DNA of 64,000 bases from contig NW_024704743.1 in the NCBI RefSeq assembly GCF_018977255.1, positions 32,490,001 to 32,554,000 on the forward strand, read 5' to 3'. How positions within the stretch are numbered: the stretch's first letter is position 1; the number at the start of each line of letters is the position of its first letter. Position numbers and translations under genes: made by a program. The notes under the pieces were generated by a model, which had not been told where the DNA came from, did no database searches, and was given only the letters and a program-made list of their open reading frames with translations. This DNA is from Callorhinchus milii (taxonomy: Eukaryota). Of this stretch, positions 41,953 through 54,850 are shown piece after piece.

Positions 41953-42192
41953 CCCACTACTCAGAGTGAGAGCGGTCCCACTGCTCAGAGTGAGAGCGGT
42001 CCCACTGCTCAGAGTGAGAGCGGTCCCACTGCTCAGAGTGAGAGCGGTCCCACTGCTCAGAGTGAGAGCGGTCCCACTGCTCAGAGTGAGAGCGGTCCCA
42101 CTGCTCAGAGTGAGAGCGGTCCCACTGCCCAGAGTGAGAGCGGTCCCACTGCCCAGAGTGAGAGCGGTCCCACTGCCCAGAGTGAGAGCGGT
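41953..42192. repeat. Minisatellite: 10 x 24 bp CCCACTGCTCAGAGTGAGAGCGGT, with a degenerate tail to about 42257
   Basis: Directly visible tandem units. Unit 1 has an ACTAC variant and units 8-10 share a GCCC variant. Confidence 0.97.
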
Positions 42193-42439
42193 GAGTGGAG
42201 TGAGAGAGATCCTACTGTTCAGAGTGAGAGGAGTGACCGGAGTGAGACCCCACTGTTGGGGGAGAATATATTTTTCAGCACCACCATTCCTTATTTTGAT
42301 CACCAGAAAAAAAGCAATATGATTACAAAACAGTGCATTACTGGAATAACTCCAATGCTAACTGATATTTCCCTCTAATGTTTGATCTATTTAATTAGTG
42401 GTCAATGTATGTACGATTACAAAGTTTCCATCACAATAC

Positions 42440-42554
42440 CTCCATCGTCTCCATTGGCGAGTGGGGTCCCACAGCCCGAGAACTTGAAAGACATTGATTC
42501 AAGATGATGAACGGCTATTTCCAAACGTTCCACCAAGTTCTGCAACTCTGCCAT
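42440..42554 (-). CDS. CAP2: CAP2 first coding exon (MAELQNLVERLEIAVHHLESMSFKFSGCGTPLANGDDG-G). The exon starts at 42564 with 10 nt of 5'UTR.
   Basis: The LVERLE.AV..LE 'RLE' N-terminal motif typical of CAP/Srv2 proteins. Acceptor tttttgatctttctag| at 42565; donor GAG|gtattg at 42439. 115 coding nt, phase 1. Confidence 0.93.
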
Positions 42555-43326
42555 TATGGATAAACTAGAAAGATCAAAAAGGCACAGTGAGCAAGAAAAT
42601 ATTACCAGTATGTAGACTTTCAAGTAGTTACAAGTGTAATAAAGCATTTTTTTTTGTAAACCTGCAGACATCGCAAGCCACAATACACAATTAATACAAA
42701 AATCAAAAAATACAAACAACATACAGCCTCCTTTGGGACGGTAATGTCCAACAACCCCAGAGATGGACACAGCTCAGTTACTCTGTAAGAAGCTTACAGT
42801 GAGTGCTGAACAACTACATAATAGCATCAACAGTGACAAAGGCCTTGTCCAATGAATCTTTAAGTTTTGCTGTCCATATACTGTACAGTTCTGTTAGTCC
42901 CACAATTGTTTAGCTATAACTTTGCATCTGTGCTATAACCACTTCCCAAAGAAATCTACCCTGAATTCCAGGTTTAATGAAGTTAAATAATAAATAATAT
43001 CATGTCCTGGATGAGTATTTTTTCTTCAGCTAGATGTAGACAAGTCAGAAAATATCTTCCTCAGCTCCTCGAAACATCTCCGTGCTGCTTACTCCCATTT
43101 CCTCAACATTCCCAGCCTCTCTCTCTCCGTCCCACCCCCCCAACTCATTGAACCAGTGCACAATCTTGTCCTTCAGTTCACATTTAGCTCACTTTCATGC
43201 TTTCCTGTACCTTCACCACATCACTCACCTTTGTCCCCATTTCACCACCAAACCCCCACCCCCAAACCCTCACATATTCCTTGGTATTCAAAAGCCATCA
43301 AAAACGTACCTTTTTGACCACGATAT

Positions 43327-45112
43327 TGTTAAAATTTACACTTTTTGTATAATGTTAGAATCATAATAGATGTTGCGAACGGGTTAACTTTTAAGTTAAG
43401 TGTGGGGGGGGGCAACTGGACTGAAACTCATGAGTTTACACCCAGGATCACGTGAGTGTCTCAAGGACAAGATGTGTACTACTGCCCTGCAAGTACACAA
43501 GATAACGGACTGTCTCAAGGACAGTGTGTTTGTGTGTGCGGCACGTACATCCCATGAGATGTTCACGTGAACCCAGCATGATTTTGGCCAGGTGACCTAA
43601 TGTCCGCACCATGATTGGATGGACACAAGCTTAAGACACCGTGCCAGACCAAGATCGGGGCGCCCAGGACAGTACCTATCGTGGATGGAAGACTGAGAGC
43701 TAGAAGGCAGAAGTAGACAACCACGAGGAGGGATTACACGGTAGTATTGTTCTGTTAGTGAATCGATTGATTGTGCTTACTTGCCCACGCCCATCGGGAA
43801 CTTGGACGGATCCTTGAGTTTAATAACCACCACTCTGGTTGCAAACAGTAGCTGTGTTTGATTGGAACTTGAAAAAAGTTTTATTTCCTTAACAATTTGG
43901 CGTAGTCGGCAGGATTCCCCAGTAAACAGACAAGGGAGGTACAATCAAGCCTTGACGAACATTTTGAGTAAGCTGTGGGTGACACATCCATGTGTAGGTG
44001 GGGCCAAGCTTGAGTAAGCTGTGGATGCCACACTAAGGTGTAGTCGGGACCAAGCTTCGATAACGGTCAGGCGTTTGAGTACGCTGGCGATCGCATTTAA
44101 GTGCACTGATGTGCGTGGGAACGGCATTTGAATACTTTGATATATTGAGTGTCGATGTGGAAATTGCGTAAGTGATAGAGTAACTTTCAGGCGTTCGAAC
44201 AGTCAGTGGGAAATCCTCTATTACCTCCGGGTAAGGAGAGGGACCGGGACCGATAGTAATTGAATGTTGTTGTATTTCAATTGTGACTATGGTCGCTGGA
44301 AATAACCTGTTGGTTATGACTGAGCTGTGAAACTCGAGAGAAAGCTCATTAAGAGAGTTTGCCTCCTGGAAGTACCATCCTCCCTCCCAGGTTGCGTGAC
44401 CTTGTACTATTTTTCTGACTTTGTAGTATCTGTCTTTTTGTACTATCAGGTTGTGTAACCTAGTATTATTTTTCTGATTTTGTGTTAGATTCTTTTTGTA
44501 GTTTTGTGATACCTCATGTTCATTCGGTATCAAGGTGGGGACTGTTAGAATTTACACTTTTTGTATAACTTTAGAATCATAATAGATGTTGCGAACTGGT
44601 TAACTTTTAAGTTAAGTGTGGGGGGGGGCAACTGGACTGAAACTCATGAGTTTACACCCAGGATCACGTGAGTGTCTCAAGGACAAGATGTGTACTACTG
44701 CCCTGCAAGTACACAAGATAACGGACTGTCTCAAGGACAGTGTGTTTGTGTGTGTGAGGCACGTACACCCCATGAGATGTTCACGTGAACCCAGCATGAT
44801 TTTGGCCAGGTGACCTAATGTCCGCACCATGATTGGATGGACACAAGCTTAAGACACCGTGCCAGACCAAGATCGGCGCCGCCAGGACAGTACCTATCGT
44901 GGATGGAAGACTGAGAGCTAGAAGTCAGAAGTAGACAACCACGAGGAGGGATTACACGGTAGTACTGTTCTGTTATTGAATCGATTGATTGTGCTTACTT
45001 GCCCACGCCCATCGGGAACTTGGACGGATCCTTGAGTTTAATAAACACCACTCTGGTTGCAAACAGTAGCTGTGTTTGATTGGAACTCGAAAAAAGTTAT
45101 TTTTCCTTAACA
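43327..45112 (+). mobile_element. Small non-autonomous LTR retroelement: LTRs 43327-43894 and 44543-45112, 648-bp internal domain
   Basis: Two roughly 97%-identical direct repeats of 568 and 570 bp with TGTTA...TAACA ends. ATAT target-site duplication (43323-43326 and 45113-45116). PBS TGGCGTAGTCGGCAGGATTC at 43898-43917, complementary to the tRNA-Ser 3' end. Purine tract AAGGTGGGGA at 44532-44541. AATAAA at 45040. Confidence 0.93.
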
Positions 45113-46377
45113 ATATGATCATCTCCTTCCTCCCCATCCACCCCCACAAACCACCCACTCAACCTTCCATGTAGACTGTAAATGCTCCGAGACATTACAG
45201 TAACATTTGCTGAGTTACAGGTTAAATTAGGTACTGAGACGCTGGCTTGGGCCGAGCCACATAAAGAAAGATAAATTATGTGCAGGCCTCCAATCTCCAA
45301 GTCATCCTTGAGTTGTCTACTGCACCAAACATCACATCAACACACTCTGAGCACTGCAGCTCTCAAGATTTGAATAGTCCCAATTTAGCTGCTTGAGACA
45401 GGGCTAAGCGAACAGAAACTGATAACACCAATGACTATTACCAGCTGTCAGCAAGTACGGTGGTGCTCTTTCTCCAGGCTTGAGGCACAGTATTTCAGAC
45501 TACCACTACCAAGGGTTTGAAATTCTGGTGAGGGAACATAAATTTACGTGCAATCATCTCCTTCCAAACATTAAACTTTCATTTCACCCATTACCACAAG
45601 TTAAAGCCATCAACAAATTGCAATGTAATAATGTCAGCAGGCACTTAGCAATACTGGAAAAGAAGAAACAATTAATTTTTTAGGCTTCCAAAGATACTAC
45701 ATGGAATTATATAGAACACTGCAGCACAGAAACAGGTTTTTCAACCCAACTAGTCCATGCACAAGTCTCCATCCCTCCTAAGCCGGTCTCCCATACACCT
45801 CAATTTACTTCTCCCTCATTTACGCATTACACTTTCTGCTTGAACTTCTGCACAACTTCAGACAACAAGTTCCACATCTTGCTTCACTAACAACGTATCT
45901 TGACATTATCCGTTATGATTTAAAATTCTTAGTTTCAATGTTATAACCATAGCCTGTTACTTTCAAAGTATATCCATTATTACTAAAATACTAAATAAAA
46001 GGATTCAAAACAGCAGAAGTATTGCCAAACGTCAACATACTTCCATGCAATTGCCATTTTACGTTAATGTTTGTCCTTGTGTCCATTTTTATACTAATTC
46101 ATGGGCTTTAAGCAAAGAATACAAGGTAGAAGACTTGATTGTACAAGTCCAAGTTGTAATGGCTGAAGAAATGTTCTATTTCCGACTTAATTTGTTATCA
46201 GTTATTGTCGACCACTCCATATAAAAAAAACTTTCAGGTAAAGAATACTGGGACTAGTTATGCTCAGGTGAAGAAGACACTGTGAAGTGACTGACAATGA
46301 TAGATGGAAAGGCATTCAAAACTGATGACAATGGAGCCAAAGTAAAGAAGGTACATTGATGAATTGCTCCAAAAGTA

Positions 46378-46618
46378 CATAACAACAAATTACACTTGAA
46401 TAGCGCCCTTTAAGTCAGAAAGACGTCCCAGGGCGCTTGACAATCGGGGATTTTGGACCCGAGCTGGGAGTTGGGGTCAGGAGGGGTGGAAGGCAGCGGT
46501 GGTGGGGATGAGAGGGTGTCCGAAGGCACGGTCGAAGAGGAAGTTCTTTAAACGGATCTTGAAGGAGGCAAGAGAAGGGGGTGAGGCGGAGGGATTGCGG
46601 GATAGAGTTCCAGAGTGT
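46378..46618 (-). mobile_element. L2 3' tail fragment. Similar tails at about 39060-39227(-), 35085-35240(+), 31525-31870(+) and 62930-63190(+).
   Basis: Similarity to the L2 tail at 5980-6235. Confidence 0.8.
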
Positions 46619-49600
46619 GATATAAACTCGTATCATCAGGAAAATAAAAAATCAAGGTAAGAAGTTAAAGAAAAATCGACATCAAAATTTACCAACATGT
46701 TACAAATGGAAAAGACTGAAGAGTGTATTTTTTTTTAAAACAGGTAACAATTTAAAGAACTTATATACTTAAGACATTTTGATGTCCAGGTATTTTGATG
46801 AGTCAAACATCCGATTGTTTAACATATGAAGAAAAGATCCACAGCAAGGATCTTAATATAATGTTTAGCTGCCAAATGTTTCCAAACTTGTTGAAGAAAA
46901 GCCTAAAGTCTCTCTTCAGAACCTAACATCGATTGTAGCTTATAGAACATTTCCACAGTCAACTTATGGGTATGATGCACAAATGAACATTTCACTTAAA
47001 AGAACCGATTCACCATTGTAATTGCTTTCCAAGCCAGCAGGTCTGACTATTCCAAATCATCTTCTGTGCATGCTTACGAGAGATTTAAAAACCATGAATA
47101 AACATTGACGTCAAATCTGTTCAAAGGTATGGAAATGAGTGAGTAAACAAAAGTTGAGCCGTTACACAGTTAATATGGTCTGATTTTTTTAACATATACA
47201 GGTTTGCCAGGTTTCCTTTTCCTCCTATAGGACCATTTCCTCCGAAAGGACTTTGCAATTTCACACAAAAATTAAGATCGCTTTTATTTATTTTATTCCC
47301 CAAATTACACTACTGACCTTATTTAACATCAGTAAAATAAACATCAATTATGCACAATCATTTCTGCACTTACCAAGATGTACTCACTAAATTGTAAAGT
47401 TTAAATTATAGAAAGTGTGCAATTTCTTACATTGTTTGCACTGAAAGAAGTTAAAGGACCATAAGCGAAATGGATTTCATGCTAAATGTTTGGTACATAC
47501 TGTGATTTCCATTACAGATCTGTTCATGATGAGTAGATAAAACTATACTACCACATCATATTTAGAGTTAAATCATAACTTACACTTTCAAGAATAATAA
47601 AAAATTGTATTTGATATAGTGCTTTATGACATCTTTGAAACGTCTCAAGCGCTTTACAGGATGTTACAGTAACTAGAATGACTGTATTTAGTGTCACAGC
47701 AGCAAATTTGCACACAAGCAGCCATGAAGTGAGTGACCAATTTTATTTGGGGAATCGTTTGCCAGGACACTGTGAGAAACTCCTTTCCTTTTTCGAAGAG
47801 TGCCATGAGATCTTCAATGTCCACCTCAACAGACAGATGAGACCTTGAATCATCACCTCCAATAATACAGCATTCTCCAACACTGCACTGAAGAATCAGT
47901 GTAGACTATGAGCTCAAGTCCCAATGTTGGGCTTGAACCCACAACCTTCTAACTCCGAGGCAAGAGTGCTACCAACTGAGCAGGTTGGATACGAAGGGAG
48001 ATGTGAGGGCACGAAGGGATTGGAAAACGAGTGAGAGGATCTTAAAATCGATTTGCTTGATAATTGGGAGCCAGTGGAGTCTGGCAATTGGTAGCCAATG
48101 GAGCTCTCAATTTATGGGTGAAAATGTTCCACTAACTGCAAACGAAAAAGCAATACGAAGAATGCTGGAGGTTTGAATTCAAGCAGGTATTGCTAAATAA
48201 ATAGCAGGTTAATCAGCATCTGAAACAGTGAAATAGGTTAACGTTTTCAGCCCAACCATTCATCAGATCTGCTGAAACCAAAAACTTAATTTCCATTGTT
48301 CAGACTCCGATTGACCTGCTGTGGATTTTGTAGTATTTCTGCTTTGATTTAAGATTATTGCACGGTGGGGAGCTGTCACTCTTTGCTGGGCTGTAAATTA
48401 TCAGCTGCTACAATGTGTACACATTTACCAGCTGTGGCAATGTGTACTTATAATGAGAAAATACCATTATAAGCTCTCACCCCCAAGCTCAGTTGCTTTA
48501 CAGATGAACACAGCATCACCCCAAATACAGTCGTGCCATTTTACAACGTGTCCAATGCTGTACACTGCAGAACACTCACAAACACCGTACCCTTAACCCT
48601 TTATAATGAGCAAGTCAAATTGTCCTAAAATTTAAGACTGCGCTGAATTGTGGAAGATTCTTAAATTGGAAGTCATTCTTAAATTTCTGCAGCTTTCAAT
48701 ATGTAAGGATTTTCTGTAATTCTGTGCAATCTTAAATTTTAAGACAAAATGGTCTTACAGGCTGAGACCTAGTGGAATTTCTGGCTTCTGACATCAAAAT
48801 GATTTGATTTGGACTTAATCGATGGTACTTTACTTATGTAAGTATCCTATTGCTACCACACGGGAAGGTCGCTGTATAAATGCAAGATGTTGATGTAATG
48901 GGCTCAATAACAATGTCCTTGAGACAGGAACCTGCATCATCACTGCTGAACAAATTGTCCCAAGACAAATTGTACCAAGACAATGTTGAAACAAACGTTG
49001 AGTTAAGCGATGGTTCCCCTTCCTAAGCAGAGCCAAATAAAAAGATACATGAAAGGTAGGTAGGTCTTTTATTCTTTCGCTGAGATAAAACTTCGGATGC
49101 TGGAAATCTGAAATTAGACCAGTAAATCACTGCTCAGTTTACCTGAACTTGTAACCTTTCTTTTCAGATAATAATATTAATCTTTACATTTTATTTAGTG
49201 CCTTATGTCATCAAGATGTCTCAAAGATCTTCATAGGATTTTATTGGGGGTTTGTGCCTTTCATGTGCTAATCAAAGTGAATGATGTCAGTGCTGGGAAT
49301 TCGAACGCTTTCTTTCCACTCAGTGCTCCCCAGGTACTGCACAGCCAGCTGCACTCTGCCAAAACACTCACCTTAACCCCACCCTGAGATTGCCCCAACT
49401 TCCTGAGACTAAATGTTTCCATTTTTCACTTCAGTCGTCATAATAACCTCTGGATGAGGTAGTCAATTTAGGTACACCATCATATGCAATTTTTTCCCTT
49501 TAAACATAGGAACAGTGGGAATTGCAAGCAAAATCCTCACCATGGAACATAAGAAGTCCCAGGACAGCACATCGTAATTTGCATAATCCAGCTATTTTCA

Positions 49601-52600
49601 TATTGAGATTCGTATTGTCTCGAAGACGTGATAAGGTGCTATATCAAATGCTAGGATTATTATTATATTATTGCTTTGCTTTTCAAACTGGACAGTTTTA
49701 CGCTGCAGGTGAAGTGACGCAATTAGAGCCAGGGCTGAGGCTGCCCAGATTTGGTTCACAAACATTACAGGAAGCTGAGAGCAGAATCGCATTCGTTCAA
49801 AACTGAATTCAAACAATGATATTCCTTGCATTTGATTTAGTGCCTTATCATGCCACTGAGACGTTTCAAAGCGCTTTACCGAATATAATGTAAAGTGAAT
49901 TGACTGGGTATTTTGTGGGTGAAACAGGTTCTAATACGTGTAAGCCCACTAAATGGTCAAGGTAATTTTTAAAGCAAACTTCAACTCAAAAAAGAACTTT
50001 TCAGTTTTACAATGATCTAAACAGTACTTTTTAAAAAAATAAAAGTGTCTCCTTTATTAAATGGAATACTGTTTGAAGTCCAATGTTTCCAGAGAATGAT
50101 TACTCCCGATGTACTTAGACACTGTAAACATTCCTCCAATTGTTGACAATCTTCAGGGTCTAATTTCCAATATCTGCAAAAGAGGCATTAATTTGTGGCA
50201 ACATGAGAGATCACATTGGGGTTGGTGATTTTTGAAATCCTATCAGGTATGAAAGTGAGAGAGGGACAGCAAACAGACAACTGCGAAGATATGATGGTTT
50301 ACCCTTTGCATATGTGGAAGTGGACTCCATACCTGCAATTTATGTTACCAAGAGGGGCAGGGGAGATGCGGGAGAGGGCAGGAGAAAAGAGAAATTGAGG
50401 CCTGAGAAACACCACAAGTGACTGGAGGGGCAGAAGGAGAAGTTATTAGAGAAGAAATTGAGACAGATAATAGAACCAGGAAAGTGTGTTGCTGCAGAAG
50501 AAAAGGAGTAGCCAGTGACGGTGTAACAAATGATGACATATCCCTCCCACTGCTTGTGTGCTCACTGGTAAGACCAGCATACTACAGAAGGAGTTGAGAG
50601 ACCAACATCTGATGGACCCCTAGACCCAAAACAATTGATACCATATGAAAAAGCAAGAGTGAATTTTCGAGAACTTTGAGGAGAGCAGCCCAGGGATCAG
50701 CTGGAGTTAAATATTTCCACTTTTCAATGTGGCTTTCAAATGCAGACTGCTGCAAGAGTTTCTCCTCACTAGCGGCTGTTTTTCCTCTCCCTTTTTCCCT
50801 AAAGCTGTTCCTCTAGATTCTAATGGGTAGGAATGCACAGAGTGGCACTAAATTCAAATAAGTTGTTCCTTGACATGATCCCCGAATATTTTGCTACATT
50901 TGATTCAAGAACATAAGAATTTGCTAGATAAAAGAAGACCAAGGTCCATCCAGTTCGCCTTCCACTATCCTGGTCGCTTGCACATGTCATGTCCCAACTA
51001 TATGCTGTACCCCGAGATATTATTTCCCAACAGAAATCTATCTATTTTATTCTTGAAAAAAATCGACAATTTCAAATCTACATTTTCACTATAAGTTTAA
51101 GAGTGAAGGAATGTTGGGTCTCTAAATGCACTCAGCCAACGAAGTAATGAATTATGCGCCATGGCACTTAAATACAGTTCAATTGAAGTGATGCATCAAA
51201 TGGAATATAACACAATTTGTGTCAAATTTTGCAAGCACAGCTCACCAAATGAGGAGGAGAAAATAGGTCACAGAGTGTCATATCCTTCATATTAATGAAG
51301 TCAAAGTAGATCTTTGCCTCAGGGGCAAGCAAAACCTTCTGTTCAACCCTTTCTGATTTAGGTCCACAAATCGAACCCACTACAACCTGGAGTAGAAAAG
51401 TCACATCCACCACCCATTTTCAATGTCTGTTCAAATAATGCTCCAAAGGTTTACTATTTTGCAAATAGATGTACCAAACTCATTGCCCAGATGTAGCAAC
51501 GCAGTCAACATCAAGAGAAGTCCACATTTGCAGTGCAGTCACCACTGTTCATACACTATTTCTTCCTGTAAACTGGTAATTAAGATTTCCTTCACATAGC
51601 TTAATTTTAATGACCTAGAAATTAATTCAGCCTTTGATTCATTTTTTTTCCTCCCATACAACTTTTTCCTTCAAAAACAAATGATGGAATGAAAAAAAGC
51701 AAGCTTTCGTAAGAGATTTAATAATTGAATGATCAAATCAAATCTATCAAACATTTAAATTTATTTCTATTTCGTAAACCCAAATGCAGATGCGACACCC
51801 TCTCGCTGCCTTTTTCAGCACAAAGCCAGTGCTAAGATCTTCAGTGCAAACCCTAATCTCAATCTGGCATTTCAGTGTCTCTTAAGAAAACCAATGTGCC
51901 CAAATCAGGGATTTGCATCAATGCGCAACGTTTACAAATAGACGGAAAACCATAATATTCCATAACCAATTTAATAACATTCTATAATTATCAAAGCTGT
52001 TATGAATCACTACATGTGGCTTTTTTGGCAGTGCACATTCAAAGATTTTCTATATGACTCATCTGACTTAATTCTCATTTTCGTCCACAAAATTTACAGT
52101 CAATTCACTTTACAATATATTCTGTGAAACACTTTGAGACTTCTCAACAACATGATAAGGCACTATATCAAATACAAGGATTATTATATTCAACTACTTG
52201 GCACAATTACATTCTGTTGAAAAAAACAATTCTGATATTTGAGTTTAACTCCCTACCTCTCCTCCCCTCTTTATCTATCCTTAAGATATCTTTAAGACTT
52301 ACCTAATGGTTTTAGTTGCTTGCTCTCTAAAGGATAATATTTCTGTATTAGCATGGTGTAACCTCTTATAATAGTTATAAAATGAATTATGAAGTTTAAC
52401 ATTACTGCAAGCTCAAGGAAAAGATTCTTGGAATAAACAAGCAAATCTCACATTGCGATTTTTCTTTGCTATCCTCTTCTGAAAGTGCTGAAGTACAGCG
52501 GGCTATGACTACACAGGTGCTGACATCTCTCCAATGCCTCACCTTACTGTCTACTCTTCATGTATTAGGCCAAATAGCAAGTATCAGCAGGCTGTGGCGA

Positions 52601-54369
52601 CACAAGCACCAAAACTGATTTTAATCTCATTAATGTCCATACACGCAAACTGTCCAGCCAGACTCGCTGGATAGCAATCACAAATGGGATAACTTCCTCC
52701 CTAGCCAAGGGACACTGACGTCAATAGAAGAGCTGCCACTATTGCCCCTGACTAAGATCAATGAATGTAGCGCAAACTTTGGATATTCCTTGAAATTACA
52801 TTGCGTCTGTACTCGCTGAGCTAGGGAGCCATATGCAATTTGACTTTACACCAGCACCGTGTGCACAAACATGTTTGTTTATATAAAAATGTAGGAACAT
52901 TTTTCACATCAGAGGACAAGTTTCCAGGGCTCTGGAAACTTCTGGAGAGAGCGGGGGCGTAGCATTGATTTGGATAGCTCTTTTCAAAGATGGGCCGAAT
53001 GGCCTCCTTCTGTTCTGTATAATTCTTATGATTAGGAACATGAAATTCGCCAATAGTAATGCAATATTAGTGGCTTTGCTAATCTTTGCCTAGAAGTAGG
53101 CAGCAGAACACTTATTCTTCAAAACTGCATTACTATCAAGGAAAAAACAAGTAAACATGCATTTTACTGTTCTACCAGGTTGTGCAAAAGATTCCTGTAA
53201 TTGCAGTAGCTAAGTGTCTCAAACCATTGCAGTGTTTACTTCAGCTTCTTTCTATGGCTAGGGTAACAAGCCATAACTGGCATTATTACAAGCAGTAGTA
53301 CGGCTAAAACATCTAGCAATTGGCCTAAAAAATACATACATTTAAAACGTGTTCAGTCCTTATCCTCTGAAAGACAATATTTCGATATGGCAGTAGCTTT
53401 GTAATGGTCTTTTCTAAATCACTTTTCGCAGAGGTAACACTGAGATGTTGGGGAACAATGTGGGGAAAGGTGGGGGGAGTTGACAAGATTTTGAGCAAAA
53501 TTAGCATTAAAAAAAAGTCAAACTACACAATGTTTCAGATCTACAGCTTTAACCCATTTTCTTGCTTGAGGACAGCAGCTGGTATAAATTCAAAGTAGTA
53601 TCACCAGCCCTGCCAGTGTCTGAATTATTTAAAAAGTGGTGGGCCTGGTACCAGAGGCTAAAATCTTTCTTACAGAGCAATGTGCTGGAAAGCAGTATAG
53701 AATGTCATCATTATTTTGGCATCTCAGCAGCCCAGCTACCATAAATAGACTGTGGAGACATCATAGCCAATCAGTCCTCACCCGACGTCCACACTCATGC
53801 AATTTTCCTGCAAGGAGTCATACGCAGAAACATTAGCTAATTTATCCTCTCTTTAGCCCAACTGTGCTGAGGCCAATTATAGAACCCTTTCTGCCACCCT
53901 GGGTCAGACCAACTAAAATTCCGACTAGGAAGTATTTGGACTCACACAAGAATAAAAGGGCAGAATATCCTTTCCCTTTTATCTGCACTATCACTGCTTC
54001 ACCTCGTTTCTGAGACAAAAATAGGCATGGTTCTGGATTTGACACTAAACCTGGCTGACCGCCACTGACCTGAACCTCACTTAATACCATTTGTCCTAAA
54101 TTTTCCAGAGAGCAGCTCCCAGTGATGGGACAAAATTTGAACAATTTTTTTTGAAAAATAAATGAAACCTCATAAGGTGATTAGAGAACTTTCAAACTTA
54201 TATTTTTGTATTCTTGCTACAGATCCTCAGAATAATATAATAGTAATATAAAGATTGTGGTGCTTGGAACAAATAGTCAAATACATTCTAGGTGTGCGCG
54301 ACTCTTGGTGGAACTTGTTGGCATCAAATATAGCACAAAATGAACACTTCTATGTGGGAAAATACTTAA

Positions 54370-54850
54370 AAAGAATGTGCAGCACGGAAACAGGCCACTT
54401 GTCCCAACCAGTCCAGTGTTTATACTCCACATGAGTCTTCACCCATTCCTTACTCCCATACAACAATTTGCATTTACATAGCGCCCCTCACCCAGAGCGC
54501 TATTCTATTCCCCTCGCCCTCATGTGAAGTTTCAAGCTTCTTCTTGAATGCATCTACACCATCCGATTCAACCAATGTTTCAGGCAGCGAGTTCATTAAT
54601 CTTACTATCCTCTGTGTGAAGTAATTCCTCATAAGTTATCTTTTAGATCGCCCTAGTTGCTATCATATATGTGTCCCTGGTTACAGACTCACCAACCAGT
54701 GGAAACATCCTATTTTCTGTTAATGTTATCAAATCCTTTTATAATTTTAAACACTGCTATTAGACGTTACTTCTCCAGTGAAAAAAGGCCTAACCCATCC
54801 AGTCTATCCTAATAGCAGTAACCTGCCAGCTATGCTATCACCCTTGCAAA
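54370..54850 (-). mobile_element. Old CR1-like 3' fragment with a small nested L2 tail
   Basis: Reverse complement resembles the CR1 3' ends at 13100-13500 (TTTCCACTGGT..., ACCAGGGACAC, TTCACACAGAGG). Confidence 0.6.

Noticed and set aside
41908..42378. Repetitive ORFs (AQSESGPT)n, (LTLSSGTA)n and (LLRVRAVP)n, and a CRISPR-like appearance
   Set aside because: By-products of a 24-bp stop-free tandem unit. There are no spacers and the context is a eukaryotic intron.
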